Part shown: positions 1 to 7,650 of the stretch, in pieces | How the letters are laid out: each line of letters opens with the position of its first letter | Position numbering within the stretch: position 1 is the stretch's first letter | Program-made: the position numbers and the translations under genes | The notes under the pieces: model-generated | What the model was told of the DNA's origin: nothing | Databases searched by the model: none | What the model saw: only the letters and a program-made list of their open reading frames with translations | Source of the DNA: Caminibacter mediatlanticus TB-2 | GTDB taxonomy: Bacteria; Campylobacterota; Campylobacteria; Campylobacterales; Nautiliaceae | DNA: 40,000 nt | Reading direction: 5' to 3' | NCBI RefSeq assembly: GCF_005843985.1 | Contig: NZ_CP040463.1 | Span: 1,534,878-1,574,877, forward strand

Positions 1-57
1 ACCTTTAACACCATAACTTTTACCAAGTTTTGCAATAGGTATTTTTTTACTCTTCAT
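1..57 (-). CDS. rimM: 16S rRNA processing protein RimM, N-terminal fragment (continues off the window)
   Basis: Reverse complement of 1..57 reads MKSKKIPIAKLGKSYGVKG. The LGKxYGVKG string matches the RimM N-terminus (E. coli: LGKMGSSYGIRG). It lies downstream of rpsP and the KH gene, as in the conserved ffh-rpsP-rimM order. Its ATG overlaps the KH ORF end by 11 nt. Confidence 0.55.
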   Translation of the reverse strand, partial: MKSKKIPIAKLGKSYGVKG

Positions 58-289
58 AGGCTTTTACTGTTATTTTATAATCTTTATTTTCTTTTGCTTT
101 GCAACCGCTAATTACTACTTTAATAGCTCTAACCATTGAACCATTTTTACCAATTATTCTCCCAACATCTGCTTTTTTTGCATAAATAATTATCTCATCA
201 AAATCCTCGTGTGGAATAACCTCACTTTTTATTTTTTCAGGCTCAAAACTAAGAAGTTTAGCAAATTCCTCTACAAATTCAACAACCAT
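47..289 (-). CDS. KH-domain RNA-binding protein (YlqC/UPF0109-like)
   Basis: 80-aa ORF with the KH GxxG motif (IIGKNGSMVRAIK). Its start overlaps the rpsP stop by 1 nt. Position between rpsP and rimM is conserved. Confidence 0.8.
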   Translation of the reverse strand: MVVEFVEEFAKLLSFEPEKIKSEVIPHEDFDEIIIYAKKADVGRIIGKNGSMVRAIKVVISGCKAKENKDYKITVKAYEE

Positions 290-540
290 TAAGCGTTAGC
301 CATTCTTTCTTCATAAATTTTTTTAAGTTTACTTACTCTATCACTCATTTGAGCACCAACACCTAACCAATAATTCATTCTATCCATATCAAGTTCAATA
401 GTTTTTGGGTTTGTTAAAGGATTATAATATCCAATTACTTCAATCCAACCTGAATCTCTTCTTTTTCTGCTATCTGTTACAACTACTCTATAAAAAGGTC
501 TCTTTTTTCTACCAAATCTTGCAAGTCTAATTTTTACCAA
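289..540 (-). CDS. rpsP: 30S ribosomal protein S16
   Basis: [21 protein letters not shown]... is the canonical S16 N-terminus. RBS AAGGAGAAACAA lies upstream. Confidence 0.95.
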   Translation of the reverse strand: MVKIRLARFGRKKRPFYRVVVTDSRKRRDSGWIEVIGYYNPLTNPKTIELDMDRMNYWLGVGAQMSDRVSKLKKIYEERMANA

Positions 541-634
541 TTGTTTCTCCTTAAATAATTTTTTTGCCTTCCACCCAACCCACTATTTTTTTAGTTTGAA
601 ATAATACTAAAAATTTTTAAAAACTTCAACTATT

Positions 635-1984
635 TCATCTTGGAAATTTCATTCCTTGTGTCATCTTCATAAGTTCATCCATATTTGGAATTTTTTTACC
701 TGCAAACTTTTTAGCCATTTTAGCCGCATTTTGAAATTGTTTATTAATTCTATTTACTTCTTGAACACTAAGGCCTGCACCCTGAGCAATTCTTCTTCTT
801 CTACTTGCACTTTCTTTTATTAAATAAGGATTTTCTCTTTCTTTTTTAGTCATAGAATTTATCATCGCTTTTATTTTTTTAATCTCTTGTGAGTTTTCTA
901 AATCAATATCGCCAAGTTGTTTTAACATTTTACCCATACCAGGAATCATTCCAAGTAAATTTTTCATACTTCCAAGTTTTTTCATCTGTTCAAGTTGTGC
1001 TAAAAAGTCATTATAGTTAAATTGTCCCTTTTTTAATTTTTTAGTTAGTTTTTTTGCTTCTTTTTCATCAATAACTGCAGCTGTTTTTTCAACAAGTCCT
1101 TCAATATCACCAGCTCCCATAATTCTGCTTACAATTCTATCAGGTACAAAAACTTCTAAATCAGCAATTTTTTCCCCTGTCCCTATAAATCTAAGAGGTT
1201 TTCCTACTTGATGAGCTATACTTAGTGCAACTCCACCTTTGCTATCACCATCATATTTAGTAAGAATAACTCCTGTAATATCAAGTTTTTCATCAAATGC
1301 TTTTGCTGTATTTATTGCATCTTTACCAGTTAGAGAATCTGCTACATAAAATATCTCATTTGGGTCTACTTCTTTTTTCATTTCAATTAATTCATTCATT
1401 AATGCTTCATCAATTGCAAGTCTTCCAGCAGTATCTATTAACACAACATCATAAAATTTATTTTTAGCTTCTTCAACTCCCTTTTTAGCAACTTCAACTG
1501 CATTTTTAGCATTTTCATCATAAAAAATATCAAGTTCATTTTGTTCAGCTAATTGTCTAAGTTGTTCAACTGCTGCTAATCTTTGTAAGTCAGCTGCAAC
1601 CATTAAAACTTTTTTCTTTTTAAAATTTTTTAAATAATATGCAAGTTTTGCAGTAGTAGTTGTTTTACCACTACCTTGAAGACCTGTCATCATAACAACT
1701 GTTGGAGGTTTTGATGCATAAACAAACCCATAATTCCCTGGTGCTGTTAAAATTTCTTTTAAGGCTTCTTCTAATGCTTTTAGAAAATTAGCTCTACCTA
1801 TTCCAGCTTTTTTTGTTTCAATTTCTACTTTTCTTAATAATTCTTTTACTGTTTTAAAATGTACATCTGCTTTTAAGAGATTTTTTTTAAGCTCATCAAG
1901 TGCTTTTTTTAAAGATTTTTCGTCATCTTTCATTCTAATTTTATTAATTGCACTTCTAAAACCATCACTTATTCTATCAAACAT
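635..1984 (-). CDS. ffh: signal recognition particle protein Ffh
   Basis: 449 aa. SRP54 G domain (GLQGSGKTTT, DTAGR, TKYDGD) and a Met-rich C-terminal M domain. Confidence 0.95.
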   Translation of the reverse strand: MFDRISDGFRSAINKIRMKDDEKSLKKALDELKKNLLKADVHFKTVKELLRKVEIETKKAGIGRANFLKALEEALKEILTAPGNYGFVYASKPPTVVMMTGLQGSGKTTTTAKLAYYLKNFKKKKVLMVAADLQRLAAVEQLRQLAEQNELDIFYDENAKNAVEVAKKGVEEAKNKFYDVVLIDTAGRLAIDEALMNELIEMKKEVDPNEIFYVADSLTGKDAINTAKAFDEKLDITGVILTKYDGDSKGGVALSIAHQVGKPLRFIGTGEKIADLEVFVPDRIVSRIMGAGDIEGLVEKTAAVIDEKEAKKLTKKLKKGQFNYNDFLAQLEQMKKLGSMKNLLGMIPGMGKMLKQLGDIDLENSQEIKKIKAMINSMTKKERENPYLIKESASRRRRIAQGAGLSVQEVNRINKQFQNAAKMAKKFAGKKIPNMDELMKMTQGMKFPR

Positions 1985-1992
1985 CTCTTCTC

Positions 1993-2751
1993 CTATTTTT
2001 TGCGTTTTTTATTATCATTTTGTTCTTGCATTTTAAAATCTCTTGGCTCTGGTGATTCAAAATTATAATCAAAAATTTTGAATTTATAATGATGAAGCAT
2101 AACTCTTTTATAAGGCTCTCCTCCATACTTTTCATCTCCAATTATTGGATGGTCTATTGCTTTTAGATGAGCTCTAATTTGATGAGTTTTTCCTGTATGA
2201 ATTATTGCTTTTATTTTAGATTTTGTTCTAAATGCTAAAATTGGCTCAATCTCAGTTATAGCTTCTTCTCCATCACTACTAACCTTAGCAAAAGCACCAC
2301 TTTTTGTTTTAATAACTTTAATTGGAAAATCTATTTTCATAGGCTCAGCTACAATACCACTAACCCAAGCTAAATACTCTTTATATACATTTTTATTTTT
2401 AAATTCTTCAATAGCCTTTTTTCTAAAATCTTCATTTTTTGTTAACACTAAAATACCACTTGTCTCTTTATCCAGTCTATGAAGAAGAGGATATTTAAAT
2501 CTTTTGCTAATTTCTTCACTTGTAATATAAGGTGGCTTATCAATTACTAATAAATTATTATCTTCAAATATAACTTTTGGGTTAGGTATTTTTTCTATTT
2601 TAAATCTTATATTTACAGGTAAAAGTCCTCTTGCAATTTTAATTTTTCTATCATGAGTATAAACAAGCCCTCTATCTATTAATTCTTTTGCTGCTCTATT
2701 TGAGATGCCCTCTTGTTTAGCAAGCAAAATATATGCTTTTTCTTTTTTCAA
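1993..2751 (-). CDS. RluA-family 23S/tRNA pseudouridine synthase with N-terminal S4-like domain
   Basis: Catalytic motif HRLDKETSGILVLTK and HQIRAHL. The N-terminal S4-like segment is ISNRAAKELIDRGLV. Confidence 0.85.
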   Translation of the reverse strand: MKKEKAYILLAKQEGISNRAAKELIDRGLVYTHDRKIKIARGLLPVNIRFKIEKIPNPKVIFEDNNLLVIDKPPYITSEEISKRFKYPLLHRLDKETSGILVLTKNEDFRKKAIEEFKNKNVYKEYLAWVSGIVAEPMKIDFPIKVIKTKSGAFAKVSSDGEEAITEIEPILAFRTKSKIKAIIHTGKTHQIRAHLKAIDHPIIGDEKYGGEPYKRVMLHHYKFKIFDYNFESPEPRDFKMQEQNDNKKRKK

Positions 2752-2782
2752 TTTTTACCTTTTTTATAAAATTATATCAAAT

Positions 2783-2803
2783 ATAAGTTTTTCTTACATT
2801 AAG
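2783..2803 (+). promoter_or_regulatory. conserved upstream element ATAAGTTTTTCTTAYATTAAG shared with the paralogous gene at 39501
   Basis: 19/21 identical to 39418..39438, and at a similar distance (about 60-80 nt) from the ATG of a paralogous small ORF. Downstream similarity (AGAGTT..TATA) continues to a -10-like box. Confidence 0.4.
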
Positions 2804-2861
2804 CTAATATTAAGAAACAAAGAGTTATTATATGAATTAACATTCATTTAAAGGAGTCATT

Positions 2862-3065
2862 ATGACTAAAAAAAGCTTTATGATAGTGTTGATACTCTTA
2901 ATGTCCACAACATCTTTATTTGCATTAAGTAAATATGTAATAGGATATAGATACTATATTCGATATGTAAAACATATTCCAAAATATGGAATAAAAACAC
3001 CTGAATTATTAAAAACATTTATGATTGCTGTTTATAATGGGAAAATACCTCCTGGTTGTAATTAA
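2862..3065 (+). CDS. small secreted protein, short paralog of 39501..39848 (C-terminal GKIPxGC motif)
   Basis: 67 aa with an N-terminal signal peptide and RBS AAAGGAG. It aligns at both ends with the 115-aa ORF at 39501 (GYRYYIRYVK / GFKYYTKYIK; NGKIPPGCN / QGKIPAGCS) but lacks about 48 central residues. Confidence 0.5.
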   Translation: MTKKSFMIVLILLMSTTSLFALSKYVIGYRYYIRYVKHIPKYGIKTPELLKTFMIAVYNGKIPPGCN

Positions 3066-3785
3066 TTATTTTTTCCCTTTTAGTTTTTTTAAATATAACT
3101 CCTTAAATCTTTCATTAGCAAACTCTTCTATTTCTTTTTTTAGTTGTTTGTATATACTTATATACTCTTTTGCTTTTAAAGTAAGCTCAGTACCTCCATT
3201 TATACCTTTTTTAGGTATTACAAGTTCATCTTCGAGATTTTTTTGTAAAATTTTTATATGATTTAGGGCTTTTTTATAATTGATTCCCATAATTTCAGCT
3301 GCTTTTGAAATAGAACCAGTCTTATCAATCAGCTCTAAAATTTCAGTCTTTCCTTGCCCAAAAAGTAATTCACCTTTTTGATTTTCTATCCATATTTTTG
3401 TTTTAATATATGCTCTTGGTCTTTTTTTCTCTTTAAACACACCAAGCTCACAATAAATAACATCAAACTTATTATCTTTTATAGCACTTCTTACTTTTTT
3501 TAGATTATATTTTTTTGCAAGTTCTCTTGCATCTTTACATCTAACTCTTCTTTTTTCATCCGCTAATTTTTCTAACTCATCTACAATCTCTTTTTCATAA
3601 TCTAAGACAAAATCTTTTTTTCCAAATTGACCCAAATCACAATCAGTAATCCTAACTCCTATTTCATTACATTTATCTCCAACTTCTTTTGGAGTTATTT
3701 TTAATTTTGTAGCTATTTTATAACAACTTGCACAAGTAATTTTTCCATTTTCTTTATATTTTTCAATAAGCTCTTCAATTTTCAT
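3066..3785 (-). CDS. ModE-N-like winged-helix regulator with N-terminal tandem Cys-containing modules (no Mop/TOBE domain)
   Basis: C-terminal part GKTEILELIDKTGSISKAAEIMGINYKKALNHIKILQKNL..INGGTELT matches the ModE/LysR-type HTH N-domain. The N-terminal 130 aa hold two about 43-aa repeats ending CDLGQFGKK and CELGVFKEKK. Overlaps fdhD by 11 nt. Confidence 0.6.
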   Translation of the reverse strand: MKIEELIEKYKENGKITCASCYKIATKLKITPKEVGDKCNEIGVRITDCDLGQFGKKDFVLDYEKEIVDELEKLADEKRRVRCKDARELAKKYNLKKVRSAIKDNKFDVIYCELGVFKEKKRPRAYIKTKIWIENQKGELLFGQGKTEILELIDKTGSISKAAEIMGINYKKALNHIKILQKNLEDELVIPKKGINGGTELTLKAKEYISIYKQLKKEIEEFANERFKELYLKKLKGKK

Positions 3786-4563
3786 ATATAATCCTTTCAG
3801 GGTGAGTATAAATATTCATATTTTCCCCTCTTACAAATCCAACTAATGTTAAATTAAAAAAATCAGCAATTTTAGCCCCAAGACAAGTAGTAGCAGTCCT
3901 TGAAATTAATATAGGAATTCTATGCATAATAGCTTTTACTATCATTTCAGATGAAAGCCTTCCACTCACCATTAAAATTCCATTTTCTACATTTTTACCA
4001 TCTAAAATAGCTTTACCACAAGCCTTATCAATAGTTGAATGTTGAGCAATATCTTCTGCATCATAACTAACTCCATCTAAATAAAGCCTTGCTGTATGCA
4101 CACATCCTGTTTTTTCATATAATGGACAAGAATTATAAAAATCTTTCATTTGAGAGACTATAAATTTTGTAGAAATTTTCTTGTTTGAAGTTATTTTAGT
4201 CGCATCTATCTTTTTAGGGTCTATATCTACATTAGCAGTAACACTTTTACCACATCCACTTATTAATATTCCTTCTTCATCCAATATATCAAAACTTTTA
4301 TTAATTTTAGCTTTTATATCTACAATCATTCCATCATTTAAAAGATTTATTTCTTTAACATCATCTATACTTTTAATAATACCTTCACTTATTAAATATC
4401 CTATTGCTAATGCCTCTTGGTCTATTGGAGTTGCCATCATAGATACTACTTTTTTTGAATTAACTACAATATCTAATTTTACTTCTCTTATTAATGTATC
4501 TTCAAAATCAAAAATTCTTCCATTTTTTATTTTTTTTATGTTAAATTTATAAATTGGCTCCAT
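3775..4563 (-). CDS. fdhD: formate dehydrogenase accessory sulfurtransferase FdhD
   Basis: 262 aa. The FdhD-type C-terminus is MVSGRLSSEMIVKAIMHRIPILISRTATTCLGAKIADFFNLTLVGFVRG. The Cys loop is SGCGKS. Adjacent to the fdh genes. Confidence 0.85.
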   Translation of the reverse strand: MEPIYKFNIKKIKNGRIFDFEDTLIREVKLDIVVNSKKVVSMMATPIDQEALAIGYLISEGIIKSIDDVKEINLLNDGMIVDIKAKINKSFDILDEEGILISGCGKSVTANVDIDPKKIDATKITSNKKISTKFIVSQMKDFYNSCPLYEKTGCVHTARLYLDGVSYDAEDIAQHSTIDKACGKAILDGKNVENGILMVSGRLSSEMIVKAIMHRIPILISRTATTCLGAKIADFFNLTLVGFVRGENMNIYTHPERIIYEN

Positions 4564-4637
4564 TTTTTCTCCTTTGATTAATTATACATTAAAAAAATAT
4601 TTAATATGTAATATAATTTACAAAAAAAGGAAAAACT

Positions 4638-4940
4638 ATGAAAATTGTAATCACATCCAACGGAGAATTCATTGGTTCTAAATTTTGTCCTCATTTTGAG
4701 GAATGCAAATACTTAATTGTATATGATACAAAAACAAAACTATATGGAGCAAGAAAATCACCAAGTTTTAATACAAAAAACATCTTAACTCTTACCAAAT
4801 TTCTAAAACAGATATACATCAAAAATATAATAACTGGAAAAAAAATTAATGACAAATTTTTTAAAGTATTTATTCCTACAAAAAAAGATATAAGTGTTGA
4901 AGAAGCAATAATAGAATTTTTAGAAAATTATAACTTTTAA
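4638..4940 (+). CDS. small NifX/NifB-C-terminal-like (dinitrogenase FeMo-cofactor-binding fold) protein
   Basis: 100 aa. MKIVITSNG..CPHFEECKYLIVYD resembles the MKIAI..HFGrapyFlIvD signature of this family. RBS AAAGGAAAA. Confidence 0.4.
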   Translation: MKIVITSNGEFIGSKFCPHFEECKYLIVYDTKTKLYGARKSPSFNTKNILTLTKFLKQIYIKNIITGKKINDKFFKVFIPTKKDISVEEAIIEFLENYNF

Positions 4941-5019
4941 TTATATTTTAATATTTCTTTGACTTTCATTTAAAAAAGTTTTAATATTTAATTAATAAAA
5001 ATAAAAAAAAGAGACTAAA

Positions 5020-6657
5020 ATGATTGAATATGGCTACTTTACTAAACAAGACCTTGATTTTCCTCTAACAGAAAATATAAAAATTTTTGATAATGAAAAT
5101 GAAAAAGTATTAATTTGTAATAAAAATTTGCCAAATGTAGAGATTTACGCTCCTGAGATAGATTTTTATATAAATAATTCAGAAGATTCTACTTTTGAAA
5201 AAATTAATAATATTAATAAACTATATGAAATAAGAGGTATAAAACTTGACTTTGCAAAATATAATGAATATGCAAAAGAGATAGACAACACATTATTAAT
5301 AATTGGCTCGAAAGAAGAAATAGAACCAATCCTTAATGAAATTAAAGAATTTGAAACTTATTTTGCTCTTCCTGAATGGATAGAGTCCATTAATGGAACA
5401 ATTGGAAATTTACAATTTACTATAAAAAAAGATGAAAAAATAAAATTAAATGTAGCACAAGCTATATGGTTTAATGCACCTGATATTGCATTTTTACAAA
5501 ATGGAATTGTTGACCCTACAAAAAATAAAAAAGCAATTGAAATTATAAAAAGAAGAGTTGGAATTTATGAATATAAAAATTTCGTTAATTACAATGAAAA
5601 TATCTGTCAATATAAACATAGATTTTTAAAAGAGACTTGCGGTAATTGTGCTGATGTTTGTCCAACAAATGCGATATTAAAAGATGATGAAAGTAAAGAA
5701 CTTATATTTTCTCATATTGATTGTGATGGATGTGGTGGATGTGTTAGCGTTTGCCCTGTTGGAGCACTCGATTTTACACAAATAACAAGAGATAGTTTTA
5801 GTGTTATTACTCCTCTTTTTAAAGATAACATTCCACTACTTATAGCTGAAAATTTAATTGAAAATTGCAAAGTTAAACTAAAAGAAAAAGTTTTACCTTT
5901 AAGTATAGAAGGAAGAAAATTTTTAGATGAATCTCATTTTATAAGTTTAATACAAGAGAGTGGCTCACAAATTATATTTTATTCAGATGTAATTTCAAAA
6001 GGTGAAAAAGAAGCCATTGAATTAATTAATAAAATTGGTGAAACAATATTCAAAAAACCTTTAATACTTATAGCACAAAATGAAAATGAATTAAAAAAAG
6101 CATTAGAAATTGCAAAATTAGATAATAACCTTTTTAGCCATTTTAGTGATTTTAATAAATTAAAAAGAGAAATATTTACAAAAAGATTATCTCTTTGGCT
6201 AAATAAAGATTATGTAGATTTAAAATACGAAGGAAATTATATCCATTATGGATATGTAAAAATTGATGACAAAAAATGTACTTTATGTATGTCTTGTGCA
6301 ACTGTTTGTAATGCAGGTGCTTTTATTGCAGATGAAAAAGGGGCATTGATATTTGATGCAACTTATTGTACTGATTGTGGATATTGCGAGGTAGCCTGTC
6401 CTGAAAAATGTATTGAAGTAATATATGATAATTTAGTTTTGAACCAAGATTTTTATAACAAAAAAGTCGTAGCAGAAGATGAGCCTTTTTGTTGTATTAT
6501 GTGTGGCAAACCATTTGCTCCTAAAAAAGCTATTGAAAAAATAGCTTTAGCTCTTAGTAATGTTTTTACTGATGAAGTTAGAAAAAAATCAATTTATTAT
6601 TGTGAAGAGTGCAAACCTAAATTAATCTTACAAGAGACTATAAAGGAAAAATTATGA
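5020..6657 (+). CDS. FDH-associated poly-ferredoxin (four 4Fe-4S motifs plus C-terminal zinc-ribbon-like CxxC..CxxC)
   Basis: Motifs CGNCADVCP, CDGCGGCVSVCP, CTLCMSCATVCN, CTDCGYCEVACP, then CCIMCGKPF...YYCEECK. Its stop overlaps the start of the next gene (ATGA). Confidence 0.75.
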   Translation: MIEYGYFTKQDLDFPLTENIKIFDNENEKVLICNKNLPNVEIYAPEIDFYINNSEDSTFEKINNINKLYEIRGIKLDFAKYNEYAKEIDNTLLIIGSKEEIEPILNEIKEFETYFALPEWIESINGTIGNLQFTIKKDEKIKLNVAQAIWFNAPDIAFLQNGIVDPTKNKKAIEIIKRRVGIYEYKNFVNYNENICQYKHRFLKETCGNCADVCPTNAILKDDESKELIFSHIDCDGCGGCVSVCPVGALDFTQITRDSFSVITPLFKDNIPLLIAENLIENCKVKLKEKVLPLSIEGRKFLDESHFISLIQESGSQIIFYSDVISKGEKEAIELINKIGETIFKKPLILIAQNENELKKALEIAKLDNNLFSHFSDFNKLKREIFTKRLSLWLNKDYVDLKYEGNYIHYGYVKIDDKKCTLCMSCATVCNAGAFIADEKGALIFDATYCTDCGYCEVACPEKCIEVIYDNLVLNQDFYNKKVVAEDEPFCCIMCGKPFAPKKAIEKIALALSNVFTDEVRKKSIYYCEECKPKLILQETIKEKL

Positions 6658-7385
6658 TTAACAAAGACATAGATTTAGTAAGAGCATTTTATTATGCACT
6701 CTTTTCAAAGTTCCTTACTTTTACTCAAAATAAAAATAGATTTAAAGGGCTAAAAGAAAGTTTAGAAATTTTACAACAAACACCTATAAATGAAGAGTCT
6801 AAAAATGCTATTGAAAATTTATTAAAAAATTATAATGAAAAAGATATTGAAGAAGAATTCGACTCAATTTTTTATGATATTGCTAACGACCCTATTCCTA
6901 CAACTGCCTCTTTTTATGATGAAGAAAGAGAAAATGGAAAACAAAGAGTTAAAATGGCAGAAATTGTCCTATCTTCAAAATTTAGAAAAAAAGAAGATTT
7001 TACTGATACAGAAGATGATATAGGATTTATTTTACCTTTTATGCAAAACTTGATTCTATCAAAAATTGAAGGTGACGAAAAAGCTGTTAGGCTTGAAGAA
7101 AAAACATTTAAAATTATTAACGAATTTATAGATGAATTTATTGAAAATTTATATATGCACTCTTCAAGTAATATTTATAAAAATGTCGCTATTTTACTTA
7201 AAAGTTTTATAGAAACTGAAAGAATATATTTTAATCTTCAAGCCCCTATAAAAGAAAAAATTAAAAAAGTAGAAATAAATATATTAGCTGATGACGAAGC
7301 CAAAAATAGAAAGAAAAAGAAAAAAAATTCCCAAAAAACAACATGTAACCTTGAAGAAGGAGGAGATGTAGAAGATGAAGTATAG
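6654..7385 (+). CDS. TorD/DmsD-family redox-enzyme maturation chaperone (FDH-specific, FdhM-like)
   Basis: 243 aa. The TorD-like motif is TEDDIGFILPFMQNL (compare E-PDH-xxxLEFM). Lies directly upstream of Tat-dependent fdhA. Has a Lys-rich acidic tail. Confidence 0.6.
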   Translation: MINKDIDLVRAFYYALFSKFLTFTQNKNRFKGLKESLEILQQTPINEESKNAIENLLKNYNEKDIEEEFDSIFYDIANDPIPTTASFYDEERENGKQRVKMAEIVLSSKFRKKEDFTDTEDDIGFILPFMQNLILSKIEGDEKAVRLEEKTFKIINEFIDEFIENLYMHSSSNIYKNVAILLKSFIETERIYFNLQAPIKEKIKKVEINILADDEAKNRKKKKKNSQKTTCNLEEGGDVEDEV

Positions 7386-7447
7386 AGATAATAGAAGGGC
7401 TAATTTAGTCCTTCTACTATCTCTATTGAGATAAGAAAGGAGAGAAA

Positions 7448-7639
7448 ATGAAAAGAAGAAGCTTTCTAAAAAAAGCTCTTGGCTTTGGTGCATTAGCTGC
7501 TTCAACACCAATTATCACTTTTGCAAAAGATGAAGAAGAAGAATTATCAAATGGTGTTGTAATTGGCCATTCACCAAAAAAAGAGATTCTATACAAAAAA
7601 ACAAAATATTGGGAAATTTATTACAAAAATGCTAAATAA
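7448..7639 (+). CDS. small 'formate dehydrogenase region TAT target' protein
   Basis: 63 aa. Twin-arginine signal MKRRSFLKKALGFGALAAS. The C-terminal YKKTKYWEIYY resembles the Y-[HRK]-x-[TS]-x-H-[IV]-x-x-[YF]-Y motif of that family. RBS AAGGAGAG. Confidence 0.7.
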   Translation: MKRRSFLKKALGFGALAASTPIITFAKDEEEELSNGVVIGHSPKKEILYKKTKYWEIYYKNAK

Positions 7640-7650
7640 AGGAGCGTAAA

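Noticed and set aside
7309-7330. Poly-A / poly-Lys coding tract (also 31052-31070 in selB) as a phase-variable homopolymer
   Set aside because: The runs are only 7-8 A interrupted by G, lie within Lys-rich linkers, and are in frame. They are typical of AT-rich genomes rather than contingency loci.
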